A stretch of DNA of 62,847 nucleotides, the filler included. It is 4 parts of 4 records of this genome, joined end to end, with 100 filler letters (N's around TTAATTAATTAA, not from the genome) between each part and the next. Parts side by side here need not be neighbours in the genome. Positions count along the whole stretch, not along the records: positions 1 to 16,131 come from SRR31156797_16290; 3 more parts are not named here. One strand, written 5' to 3'. A program made the translations under genes and the position numbers. This document shows positions 1 to 8,852 of this stretch, one piece after another. How positions within the stretch are numbered: the stretch's first letter is position 1; the number at the start of each line of letters is the position of its first letter. The notes beneath the pieces are model-generated. The model was not told the DNA's origin and searched no databases. It saw nothing but the letters and a program-made list of their open reading frames with translations.

Positions 1-1
1 G

Positions 2-400
2 TCTCCGTGGATCATGCATTTTGACTGCGGAAGCTGCAACGGCTGCGATATCGAAGTTCTGGCATGCCTGACACCGCTGTACGACGTTGAACGTTTCGGT
101 GTTGTCAACGTGGGTAACCCCAAGCACGCCGATGTCCTTCTGGTGACCGGAACTGTCAACCACAGGAACGCAAAGGTACTGCGCAACATCTATGATCAGA
201 TGCCTGATCCTAAAGGTGTTATCGCAATCGGTGCCTGCGGCCTGTCCGGCGGCATCTTCCGCGAGTGCTACAACGTTCTCGGCGGGATCGACAAGGTAAT
301 CCCGGTTGATGTTTATGTCCCCGGTTGCCCTGCGAAACCTGAAGCCATCATCGACGGCGTGGTCACAGCCCTTGCCAAGTTTGAAGGCCTCAAAGGCTAA
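2..400 (+). CDS. echC: Ech hydrogenase small subunit (NuoB-like), 5'-truncated by window edge
   Basis: Frame is open from base 2 (SPWIMHFDCGSCNGC). Has CxxCxxC, GAC and PGCP Fe-S motifs; lies upstream of echD/E/F. Confidence 0.93.
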   Translation, partial: SPWIMHFDCGSCNGCDIEVLACLTPLYDVERFGVVNVGNPKHADVLLVTGTVNHRNAKVLRNIYDQMPDPKGVIAIGACGLSGGIFRECYNVLGGIDKVIPVDVYVPGCPAKPEAIIDGVVTALAKFEGLKG

Positions 401-420
401 ACATTACGAGGGGTAAGAAC

Positions 421-792
421 GTGATTGAAAATCAAATAGATATAACTCTGGAAAGCCTGGTAGGCGAAGTCGCCAAGATGAAGAGTGACGGACAGCGCAT
501 GGTCACCTATTCCTGCACCAACCTTGGTGAAGGAAAAGCAGATATCATCTACCACTTTGATAAAAATGAAGTACTCACCAACTTGCGCCTGACCGTGGAC
601 ATGGATAAGCCCGTGCCCTCCATCAGCGGCGTGTACTTCGCAGCACTGCTCATCGAAAACGAAATACAGGACCAGTTCGACATTAAGTTCGACGGCCTCG
701 TACTCGATTTCGGCCGCAAGCTGTACCTTGACGACGAAGTGACCATCATCCCTATGTGTAACAACACTAAGGCGATGAAACCTAAAAAATAA
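421..792 (+). CDS. echD: Ech hydrogenase subunit D (NuoC-like)
   Basis: 123 aa with SIS-x-Y-x-AA..ENEI-x-D-x-F NuoC-type motif; between echC and echE; GAGG RBS before GTG. Confidence 0.88.
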   Translation: MIENQIDITLESLVGEVAKMKSDGQRMVTYSCTNLGEGKADIIYHFDKNEVLTNLRLTVDMDKPVPSISGVYFAALLIENEIQDQFDIKFDGLVLDFGRKLYLDDEVTIIPMCNNTKAMKPKK

Positions 793-840
793 CTCGTCTT
801 CCCGGATGAACCCAAGACGAAAACAACTATAGGGTAAATT

Positions 841-1917
841 ATGGCACGTACCATCATACCTTTCGGTCCGCAGCATCCGGTTCTCCCGGAGCCGCTGCAT
901 GTGAAGCTTGTCGTGGAAGACGAGATCGTACAGGAGGCCATTCCCGCACTCGGATACGTTCACAGGGGTCTGGAAAAACTCGCTGAAATCCGCGATTACC
1001 ACCAGATGATCCAAGTCGTTGAGCGCGTCTGCGGTATCTGCTCCAACATCCACTCAATGTGCTACTGTCAGGGCATTGAAGAAATGATGGCTATCGAGGT
1101 TCCCGAAAGAGCCGAATACCTCCGCACCATCTGGTCCGAACTTCACCGTATGCACAGCCACCTGCTCTGGCTGGGTCTCTTTGCCGATGCTTTCGGCTTT
1201 GAAGCCCTGTTCATGCAGTTCTGGCGCATCCGTGAACGCATTATGGACATCAACGAAGCTACCACCGGTAGCCGCGTTATCACCTCTGTAAACATCGTGG
1301 GCGGTGTCCGTCAGGACCTGACTCCTGAGATGTGCTCCTGGATTCTTTCCGAAGTTGATACCTGTGAAAAGGAAATCAAGGAAATCCAGAACACCATCCT
1401 TAACGATTACACTGTGTGCGCACGCACCAAGGGCGTCGGCGTTCTGACCAAAGAACAGGCCTACGACCTCGGCGCAGCAGGACCGACCCTGCGCGGTAGC
1501 GGCGTTGCTTCCGACATGCGCCTCCTGAAGTACGCAGCATTTGATAGACTCGACTTCGAACCCATTGTCGAAACCGACGGCGACTGCTGGGCACGCTCCA
1601 CAGTACGTTTCCGGGAAACCCTGCAGTCCGCAGACCTCGTAAGACAGGCCATTGCCGGACTTCCCCAGGGCGACATTGCAGCTCCCTGCAAAGGCAATCC
1701 CGAAGGCGAAGTTATAACCCGCGTGGAACAGCCCCGCGGTGAATGCCTCTACTACATGAAAGGTAGCGGCAAGAAGTTCCTTGACAGGGTCCGCATCAGA
1801 ACACCCACGTTCGCAAACGTACCGCCTCTCCTGGCGATGCTTCCCAACTGTGAACTGGCTGATGTTCCGGTTATCATTCTGTCAATCGACCCGTGCATCA
1901 GCTGCACGGAACGCTAG
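841..1917 (+). CDS. echE: Ech [NiFe]-hydrogenase large subunit (group 4)
   Basis: GPQHP, HRG, RVCGIC and C-terminal DPCISCTER Ni-binding motifs; no C-terminal extension. Confidence 0.96.
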   Translation: MARTIIPFGPQHPVLPEPLHVKLVVEDEIVQEAIPALGYVHRGLEKLAEIRDYHQMIQVVERVCGICSNIHSMCYCQGIEEMMAIEVPERAEYLRTIWSELHRMHSHLLWLGLFADAFGFEALFMQFWRIRERIMDINEATTGSRVITSVNIVGGVRQDLTPEMCSWILSEVDTCEKEIKEIQNTILNDYTVCARTKGVGVLTKEQAYDLGAAGPTLRGSGVASDMRLLKYAAFDRLDFEPIVETDGDCWARSTVRFRETLQSADLVRQAIAGLPQGDIAAPCKGNPEGEVITRVEQPRGECLYYMKGSGKKFLDRVRIRTPTFANVPPLLAMLPNCELADVPVIILSIDPCISCTER

Positions 1918-1928
1918 GAGGCCGAGAC

Positions 1929-2303
1929 ATGCTTAACATGACTCCCACTGTACTGAAGAACCTCCTTCAAAAAAGCTCCACTCGCATGTACCCCATCGAG
2001 AAACGCGAGCCTTTTGAACGCTACAGAGGTGAACTGTTCAACAACATTGACGAGTGCATTTTCTGCAAAAAATGCCAGATTAAATGCCCTTCACAGTGCA
2101 TTACCGTCACTAAAGATAAAGATAGCGGCACCGGAACATGGATCTGCGATCCTTTCGCATGTGTCTACTGCTCCATCTGCGTTGACGCCTGCCCGACAAA
2201 CAGCCTGTACATGAAACCTGTACACCGCGCCCCGTCAGCAGAACGTGACATGATGGAACAGACCGGCAAAATCAAGCTGCCCAAGAAAAAAGCTAAGAAG
2301 TAA
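1929..2303 (+). CDS. echF: Ech hydrogenase 2x[4Fe-4S] subunit (NuoI-like)
   Basis: Two CxxCxxCxxxCP motifs. ATG at 1929 after a GGAGG RBS was chosen over the ORF-track start at 1893. Confidence 0.92.
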   Translation: MLNMTPTVLKNLLQKSSTRMYPIEKREPFERYRGELFNNIDECIFCKKCQIKCPSQCITVTKDKDSGTGTWICDPFACVYCSICVDACPTNSLYMKPVHRAPSAERDMMEQTGKIKLPKKKAKK

Positions 2304-2325
2304 TTCAAAGCTTAGTTCGAACTAC

Positions 2326-2361
2326 AAAAATCCCCGCAACCGTTAGGCTGCGGGGATTTTT
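2326..2361. terminator. Bidirectional intrinsic terminator
   Basis: AAAAATCCCCGCA..TGCGGGGATTTTT hairpin between convergent echF and the EAL gene. Confidence 0.85.
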
Positions 2362-2382
2362 ATTTTTCCCGGTTAGCAATAT

Positions 2383-3627
2383 CTATTTTGCAGGATACTC
2401 GACGCAAAGCATGTACCACTTACTGAATCCACTGAAAAATCTAAACGAGACCAGCACAGTGTCCGACTCACTGAACGGAGAAGGCTGCGGTGGAGTTACA
2501 AAATTTTCATACCCCAATAGAATATGCATGAAATAATCACGCATAGAATGATCACTTCCCTTGGATCGAGCAGCCCAACACTGTTTAAGATCATCCTTTG
2601 ACATCTCCCGGGCCAGCCTCGGAGTGACTTGTATCCCATTCTCATCAATGATAAAAACGGATATAACTTTATCGTATCGATTAAGAACCTGATGCATGGT
2701 TTTCACGAAACTATCTGCATTCACATCGGCAAATAAACTCGTGATAATCTTGATTTGCGACCTTATATTGAAAAAATGTTCTTTACGATCCCTTATCCGT
2801 TCTGACTGCAACAATTTAAATTTTTTATTGATATGATTCACTGATTTGAGAAAACCGCCAACAGAATCGCACTCTCGCCCAGAACAATTTCCATCTTTCG
2901 TATAGAAATACCCCTGATGACAGAACATATTCGCCTGCAATAGGTATAAAGCCTCGTCTTCATTCTCTACTCCTAGGGCAATTGGAGTACATTCAATATT
3001 AGCACAGCTTTTTACAATATATTCAAGGCTACCTATATTGTAGGTTGAATCAGCAGGATTGCTCCATACAGAGCGTTGCAATTTAATATAGTCCGGTCTG
3101 CTTTCAAGAAGGATAGCTAGAAGACGTGAACTGTGCTCTACTTTATCAATTGAAATCTGAAAACCTTTGCCACGGCAAAATTCCACAAACGGCAATCCTT
3201 TTGGGTCTGAAAGACACTCAGCAGAAATTTCAATAACAATATTATGAGCCGGAACATCAACCTCCTCGACAACCTCAGAGATAAAATGCCTGTCACAACA
3301 GGAATTACTTAGCACCCTCATATCAAGATTCATAAACACACAAAGCGATTTCCTTTGCTGCAAAAACTTTCTGAATCTACGCAAGGTCTGCCGACAACAA
3401 GCCTTGTCAATTTCATACAATTCAGCAGGTTTTAAATTAGTGCCGAACAAATCAACCAAGGCTGCGTCACTACCGCCTTTATCCGGTAACCTTACACGAG
3501 AAAAAGCTTCAAACCCAACAACATCCTTCCTCTCGATCGCGACAATAGGCTGAAATAAAGTTTTTATACCATTGGAGGATAGCAATTCCCTAATATTTCC
3601 AAATTCCTTGGGGATCAGCTCGGGCAT
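2383..3627 (-). CDS. Degenerate EAL-domain protein with C-terminal YkuI_C-like (EAL-associated) domain
   Basis: FQPIV, GFEAFSR, FMNL, IKL, GVE and QGYFY EAL scaffold; C-terminal KGSDHSMRDYF resembles the YkuI C-terminal domain. Confidence 0.8.
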   Translation of the reverse strand: MPELIPKEFGNIRELLSSNGIKTLFQPIVAIERKDVVGFEAFSRVRLPDKGGSDAALVDLFGTNLKPAELYEIDKACCRQTLRRFRKFLQQRKSLCVFMNLDMRVLSNSCCDRHFISEVVEEVDVPAHNIVIEISAECLSDPKGLPFVEFCRGKGFQISIDKVEHSSRLLAILLESRPDYIKLQRSVWSNPADSTYNIGSLEYIVKSCANIECTPIALGVENEDEALYLLQANMFCHQGYFYTKDGNCSGRECDSVGGFLKSVNHINKKFKLLQSERIRDRKEHFFNIRSQIKIITSLFADVNADSFVKTMHQVLNRYDKVISVFIIDENGIQVTPRLAREMSKDDLKQCWAARSKGSDHSMRDYFMHILLGYENFVTPPQPSPFSESDTVLVSFRFFSGFSKWYMLCVEYPAK

Positions 3628-3786
3628 TTTAACTCCATATAACTATAAACAGCTTACTACTCGAAGTTAAACATAACGCGTTCCCCAATTTCTGTCTTGC
3701 TAAAATATATTTCAAGCACTTAAAAAAACAAACCTATTAAATTTATACAAAAAACAATAAAAATAGACTTGCACCAATATCTAAAA

Positions 3787-5004
3787 TCATTCATGCCTCA
3801 AAGCATCAATAGGATTCATACGCGCAGCACGGCGGGCAGGAAAATAGCCAAAAACAACACCAACCAACCCTGAAAAAACAAAGCTGATCAAGATAATGCG
3901 CATATCAATAATAAATGGAATCTTCATATAGCTGGTCACAAGAAGCGGAACCAGCAACCCGAGAGAGATGCCCAACAATCCACCAAAAAGGGAAAGCACT
4001 ACTGCTTCCACCAAAAACTGGATCAGGATATCCTTTTCCTGTGCTCCCACTGCCATGCGAATGCCGATTTCACGGGTCCTTTCGGTTACGGAAACAAGCA
4101 TGATATTCATGATCCCGATCCCGCCCACCAGTAAACTAATGGCCGCAATAGCACTGATGAATGTTGTGAATGTGCCAGTCTGCTTTTGCACCGTCTTGAT
4201 GATCTCTTTCATATCTTCAATAGCGAAATTATTCCCGTGTCCGGACGGAACAGGACGGCGTTCAACCATGACCTGCTTAAGCTGCCGCTTAAGTGTTGTG
4301 GAATCCTGACCGGGACCACAGCCCACGATAATCATATCCACATCCTTAGTTCCGGAAATCCTGCGCTTGAAAAGTTTAAACGGCACAAGAATTACATCAT
4401 CCTGCTCCTTTCCAGCCAAAGAGCCGCCCTTTGACTTGAGCACGCCGATTACCTGATAAGCAAAACGATCTATTCGGATGGATGAACCGATAGGGTCCAT
4501 ACCCTTGAACAAGTTCTTGCTGACCTTTTTTCCGATAACGCAAACTGATTTTCCAACTTTCTCCTCACGAAAGTTAAAAAACCTGCCAGAGCTGACCTGC
4601 CAGTTTCTGATGGAAAAATAGCTGCTCTCGGTCCCGGTCACAGAAGTCCGGCAATTATTGTTACCAAACACCGCCACCACTGCGGATTCCGCAACTGGTG
4701 CAATTCCTCCGCTATCGGGAAATTCCCGCTTAAGAGCTTCAACATCGGCATTTTTAAAAGGGATGAGATTGGATGTTTCCCCGGCAAATCCAACCCCGTT
4801 TTCCTCATCAGGATAAATCATGATCATCCTGCTGCCGAGGCTGGCGATTTCACTGGTCAACTTCCTGCTGGCACCTTGCCCGATAACAACCACGGCAATG
4901 ACCGATCCTACGCCTATAACAATTCCCAGCACAGTCAAACAGGAACGGAGTTTGTTGCGCAACAGGGTGCGGAAAGAAAGCAACACAGCTTGTAAAAACA
5001 TCAA
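3787..5004 (-). CDS. MacB/FtsX-family ABC transporter permease
   Basis: RNKLRS-LT-LGIVIGV, GGIGIMNIMLVSVTERTREIGIRMAVGA and PARRAA-MNPIDALRHE motifs. Confidence 0.93.
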   Translation of the reverse strand: MMFLQAVLLSFRTLLRNKLRSCLTVLGIVIGVGSVIAVVVIGQGASRKLTSEIASLGSRMIMIYPDEENGVGFAGETSNLIPFKNADVEALKREFPDSGGIAPVAESAVVAVFGNNNCRTSVTGTESSYFSIRNWQVSSGRFFNFREEKVGKSVCVIGKKVSKNLFKGMDPIGSSIRIDRFAYQVIGVLKSKGGSLAGKEQDDVILVPFKLFKRRISGTKDVDMIIVGCGPGQDSTTLKRQLKQVMVERRPVPSGHGNNFAIEDMKEIIKTVQKQTGTFTTFISAIAAISLLVGGIGIMNIMLVSVTERTREIGIRMAVGAQEKDILIQFLVEAVVLSLFGGLLGISLGLLVPLLVTSYMKIPFIIDMRIILISFVFSGLVGVVFGYFPARRAARMNPIDALRHE

Positions 5005-5675
5005 TGACCTTCCTTGATAATTTTACCATCACGAAACTCAATGGTCCGCGATGCCCAGAGAGCCATTTCCGGTTCATGGGTCACCATGACCACAGTAATT
5101 CCGTGCTCCGCTTGTAGTGAGGTCAACAGTTGCATGATCTCTGTACTGCGTGCCGAATCGAGGTTTCCGGTTGGTTCATCCGCCAGCAACAAAAAAGGAT
5201 TGCAGACAATGGCCCGGGCAATGGCTACCCGCTGCTGCTGCCCGCCGGACATTTCCGTTGTGGTATGTATAGCCCGGTCGGCAAGACCGACCTTATCAAG
5301 CGCGGCATAAGCCATATTGCGCCGTTCTTTCTTACCCAACCCACGATAAACAAGGGGCAGTTCAACATTTTCAAGAGCAGTTGTCCGGCTAAGCAAATTA
5401 AATCCCTGAAACACAAAACCAAGATACCTGCGGCGCAAACGGGCTTTCTGACTCCTGCCCAGCGTAGTAACCTCCAGACCTTCAAAAAGGTAACTGCCTG
5501 AGGAGGGAGCATCCAGACAGCCGAGAATATTCATCGTGGTTGACTTTCCGGAACCGGAACTGCCCATGACAGCCACAAATTCCCCATTTTCAATGGTCAT
5601 ATCAATTCCATCCAGTGCGCGCACCTCGGCCCCGCCAGTATTATAGACCCGGGTAATATTCTTGAGTTCAATCAT
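5001..5675 (-). CDS. ABC transporter ATP-binding protein (MacB/LolD type)
   Basis: GSSGSGKST Walker A, MSGGQQQRV signature, LLADEPTGNLD, VTHE; 4-bp overlap with the permease. Confidence 0.95.
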   Translation of the reverse strand: MIELKNITRVYNTGGAEVRALDGIDMTIENGEFVAVMGSSGSGKSTTMNILGCLDAPSSGSYLFEGLEVTTLGRSQKARLRRRYLGFVFQGFNLLSRTTALENVELPLVYRGLGKKERRNMAYAALDKVGLADRAIHTTTEMSGGQQQRVAIARAIVCNPFLLLADEPTGNLDSARSTEIMQLLTSLQAEHGITVVMVTHEPEMALWASRTIEFRDGKIIKEGH

Positions 5676-5688
5676 TTACCTGCCCTGC

Positions 5689-6918
5689 CTATTCTATTGA
5701 AAAGAGCATGCTGCTATCAGCCACCGCTTCCACGCGGGAAAGGATGACTTCATCCCCTGCGGAGAGTTCACTATCCACAACCTGCGTGAAGCGGCCGTTA
5801 GTGCTTCCTTTACTGATCTCAACTTTTTGCGGAAAGCCGTCCCTGAGAACCCATATTTTTGCATTTTTCGAGGAAGGAGTGTTTAAGGCACTCTCAGGAA
5901 CGGCATCCGCTGGAGAAAAGCGTAAGGCTCCGTTGGGAATCAGCAATTTGTCCCGAACATGTTCAATTTCAATCTTTGCCGCAGCGGTCATCCCCGGCCG
6001 CAGCAGTAACTCTCTATTATCCACGGAAAATATTCCGACATAAGTAACAACACCCTGTACTCTCTGCGGCGCATAACGGAGCTTAATAAATTTGGCAGGG
6101 AACTTTCTCCCGGCATAAGCATCTACGGTGAATACAGCCTTTTGCCCGGACCTGATTTTCCCCACATCAGCTTCATCAACATTTAGTTCAAGACGCATGT
6201 CCTTAAGACTGGTAGCAAGCGTATAAAGCTGCGGGGTATTCATACCCGAAGAAACAGCCTGTCCGGCTTCTACATGGCGGGTCAGCACCAGACCGTCGAT
6301 AGGGGAAGTGATGGAAGCTTTTTTAAGGTTAGCTTCAGCTTCGTTCAGGTTGGCTTCAGCCTTGCGGACCATGGCTCTTGCTTCAGAAAGATGGGCATCA
6401 GCCATATCCCGGGCAGTTACTGCACTATCCAACTTTTTCTGTGAGACCGCATTTCTCTTACGCAACTGGCCCATGCGAGCACATTCATTTTTCTTGTCTT
6501 TCAAGTCGACTTGCGATTTACGGACATTGGCCCGAGAAGATTCGAGAGCTGCTCGCAACTGGTTGACCCGGGCTTGCAATTCATCTGTGCGCATGCGGGC
6601 CAAAAGTTCACCCTTAACAACCTTATCGTTGTAATCTTTAAAAATTTTATCAATAGTCCCTGAAATTTCACAGCCAACGATAACCTTGTTACGAGGCTGT
6701 AAAGTTCCGCTGGCCGCAACATCAACGGTGAAGTTACCAACCCGGACAACTGCGGTCTTGTATTCGACCAACTCCTCGCTACCATCAAAGATGGCCGAAA
6801 ACACGCTCCCTGCCAAAGCAAGCAAAACCAGCAGAAAGATCAATTTCTTCCATTTACCCTTCTGGGCCTCATTAAGGGAAGCTACGTCAATATTTCTATT
6901 TTCATGATTAGCAGACAT
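5689..6918 (-). CDS. Efflux periplasmic adaptor subunit (MacA-like)
   Basis: N-terminal TM segment, lipoyl half-motifs (ISGTI..., ITSPIDG), alpha-helical hairpin, VDEADVG, LRPGMT. Confidence 0.9.
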   Translation of the reverse strand: MSANHENRNIDVASLNEAQKGKWKKLIFLLVLLALAGSVFSAIFDGSEELVEYKTAVVRVGNFTVDVAASGTLQPRNKVIVGCEISGTIDKIFKDYNDKVVKGELLARMRTDELQARVNQLRAALESSRANVRKSQVDLKDKKNECARMGQLRKRNAVSQKKLDSAVTARDMADAHLSEARAMVRKAEANLNEAEANLKKASITSPIDGLVLTRHVEAGQAVSSGMNTPQLYTLATSLKDMRLELNVDEADVGKIRSGQKAVFTVDAYAGRKFPAKFIKLRYAPQRVQGVVTYVGIFSVDNRELLLRPGMTAAAKIEIEHVRDKLLIPNGALRFSPADAVPESALNTPSSKNAKIWVLRDGFPQKVEISKGSTNGRFTQVVDSELSAGDEVILSRVEAVADSSMLFSIE

Positions 6919-6945
6919 TTCTTTTCCTTCCCGGTTTCAGGAAAT

Positions 6946-6979
6946 AAAAAAGGCAGAACCGAATTTCCCCGGTTCTGCC
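6946..6979 (-). terminator. Intrinsic terminator/attenuator between XRE gene and macA-like gene
   Basis: Minus strand reads GGCAGAACCG-gggaaatt-CGGTTCTGCC-TTTTTT. Confidence 0.75.
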
Positions 6980-7022
6980 GCAAGCCGGGACAACCATAAC
7001 CCAGCCCGAATAAGGGGAGTCC

Positions 7023-7247
7023 TTAAATATTTACACTTCCTTGCTCATCCCGGAACTCAATTATATCTCCGGGCTGGCATTCCAAAAACTTGCAAATAGC
7101 ATCCAAGGTACTGAACCTGATGGCCTTGGCTTTTCCAGTCTTAAGTACAGACAAATTCTGCGGCGTAATACCAACGGCTTCAGCCAGTTCCTTGGATGAA
7201 ACCTTTCTTTTAGCCAGCATCACATCGAGGTTAATAAGTATTGCCAT
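7023..7247 (-). CDS. YozG/XRE-family HTH transcriptional regulator
   Basis: MAILINLDVMLAKRK...ELAEAVGIT-QNLS-LKTGKAKAIRFSTL-AIC-L-CQPGD, the typical HTH_26 sequence paired with DUF2975. Confidence 0.92.
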   Translation of the reverse strand: MAILINLDVMLAKRKVSSKELAEAVGITPQNLSVLKTGKAKAIRFSTLDAICKFLECQPGDIIEFRDEQGSVNI

Positions 7248-7256
7248 ATCAACCCC

Positions 7257-7796
7257 TTAAATTGTGAGTTCAGCTTCATCCTGAAGCTTGCGGCCTTCAT
7301 CCATGACCCATGAAATAGCCAGAATTACGCAAGCAACAACTATATTTCCGATATTGGCATCGTCAAAAGTCACACAAATCAACCGATCCCCCACTGCATT
7401 ATTCATGGTTGCTATGTATGAAACCACAGTCTGGGTAAATGGATAGACTATCTCGCCAATAAGCAATGCCCATGCGGCCTTCCTGTAACACTCGGAATTG
7501 TCAGCGGTAAAAATTTGTCCCTGCGAATAAAGGCCGAACAGCTTAACCAGCTGCCAACAGCAATACATTCCAAGACCAGCGTAAGGAATTGACACTAATA
7601 AGCCCAAAGCTTTCTGAGTATCAGTCAGGGGTACCAAATAATCTGGATCAAAGCTCAGCAGAAATTCTGATATAAAGAGCGACTCTGGATCACCATCAAA
7701 AAAAATCCATCCGCTAAATTCAAAAGCAGGAATTGCCAGCAACATCAGCAAAAATGCATATTTTAAAAAAATGCTCATCTTCTTAATCTTATCCAT
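7257..7796 (-). CDS. DUF2975-family membrane protein
   Basis: 4 TM segments, GQIFT..N motif, C-terminal WVMDEGRKLQDEAELTI; ATG at 7796 after AAGGAG. Confidence 0.85.
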   Translation of the reverse strand: MDKIKKMSIFLKYAFLLMLLAIPAFEFSGWIFFDGDPESLFISEFLLSFDPDYLVPLTDTQKALGLLVSIPYAGLGMYCCWQLVKLFGLYSQGQIFTADNSECYRKAAWALLIGEIVYPFTQTVVSYIATMNNAVGDRLICVTFDDANIGNIVVACVILAISWVMDEGRKLQDEAELTI

Positions 7797-7854
7797 CAAT
7801 GTCTCCTTGAGAGTAACGTTACCCGTTTTCTGATTCACGAATTACGGCAATGAA

Positions 7855-7871
7855 TTATCGTTTGTCAATAA
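7855..7871. promoter_or_regulatory. Palindromic operator (TTATCG-N5-CAATAA) overlapping a minus-strand TTGACA -35 box; probable XRE autoregulatory site
   Basis: Inverted repeat seen directly upstream of the DUF2975-XRE pair; assignment to the XRE protein is inference. Confidence 0.6.
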
Positions 7872-7913
7872 CTTTTTACTTTTCATCATGAACGACAGAT
7901 TTTCAATAGGCAC

Positions 7914-7946
7914 AAAAAAAGACAGTTGAATTTAATTCAACTGTCT
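7914..7946 (-). terminator. Intrinsic terminator after RluA-family gene
   Basis: AGACAGTTGAAT/ATTCAACTGTCT stem with T-tract on the minus strand. Confidence 0.8.
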
Positions 7947-7985
7947 CGAAATACAGGCTAAAGACCCTGATAGTTTTACGTAAAA

Positions 7986-8852
7986 TTAACGAAAATAATG
8001 ATCTGAAATATCAGGCAGGTTATCCCAATCCGGCAGACAGACGGCTTTAAACCATGGAGTTTCAATACGCAAACAATGGAGTTTCATCTTCCTCTTCGTG
8101 CCGCCATATTTCACATCCCCCACAATGGGAAAACCGCGCGAAGAAAGCTGTACCCTGATCTGATGGGTTCGTCCGGTATGCAGCTTAACTATAAGCAGCG
8201 ATTTTTTCTTCCCTGCTGTTACTGGATACACAGAACTCAGCGCATCCTTGCCGGAGCCGACGACGACCTTTTCACGCCCCTTGGGACCGCGCTTCTCCAT
8301 CTTGTCACGCAACTCCATCCAGTCATCATTGAGCCACTTGCCTTCCACCTCTGCGAGATAAAATTTCCCACCCTCGCCGTGTTCAGCAAAAAAATCTGAC
8401 AAATCCCTCTGCCCCTGATGAGATTTACCAGCCAGAATAACGCCTGAAGTATCGCGGTCCAGCCGATGGGCCGGGGCAGGTTTATAAGGAGCATCCGCAA
8501 ACATGGAAAGAAGACGGTCAGCAACAGAATCATCATGTCCGGTGCCGCCCTGTGTGGGAAGTCCAGCAGGCTTACATACGGCCAGAAAATTCTCATCTTC
8601 GTAAATAATAGGCAGTGCGGGAAGCTTTTTCTGCTGCGAATCTTCAGCCTTAAATGGCGGGATACGCACTGTCTGTCCTTCTTTGACTAGATCAAAAGGC
8701 TTGCAACGCCCTTTATCAACCCGCACATTACCTTTCCGAATCCAGCGCATAATGGCCGAGCGCGGCACGTCGCTGCCCACCCGTCTCTCAAGAAAACGGA
8801 CCAGCTTCTGACCAACTTCGGCCTTAGTAACTTTTACAAATTCAGCAGCCAT
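7986..8852 (-). CDS. RluA/C/D-family RNA pseudouridine synthase with N-terminal S4-like domain
   Basis: KPAGL, HRLDRDTSG and TGRTHQIRV..GFPIVGD.KYG motifs. Confidence 0.93.
   Translation of the reverse strand: MAAEFVKVTKAEVGQKLVRFLERRVGSDVPRSAIMRWIRKGNVRVDKGRCKPFDLVKEGQTVRIPPFKAEDSQQKKLPALPIIYEDENFLAVCKPAGLPTQGGTGHDDSVADRLLSMFADAPYKPAPAHRLDRDTSGVILAGKSHQGQRDLSDFFAEHGEGGKFYLAEVEGKWLNDDWMELRDKMEKRGPKGREKVVVGSGKDALSSVYPVTAGKKKSLLIVKLHTGRTHQIRVQLSSRGFPIVGDVKYGGTKRKMKLHCLRIETPWFKAVCLPDWDNLPDISDHYFR

Noticed and set aside
397-1053. 218-aa minus-strand ORF over echD/echE, and similar shadows such as 12781-13536 and 15188-15811
   Set aside because: They fully overlap well-supported genes on the opposite strand.
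1890-1917. EchE lacks a cleavable C-terminal extension
   Set aside because: Normal for Ech-type group 4 hydrogenases; not a truncation.
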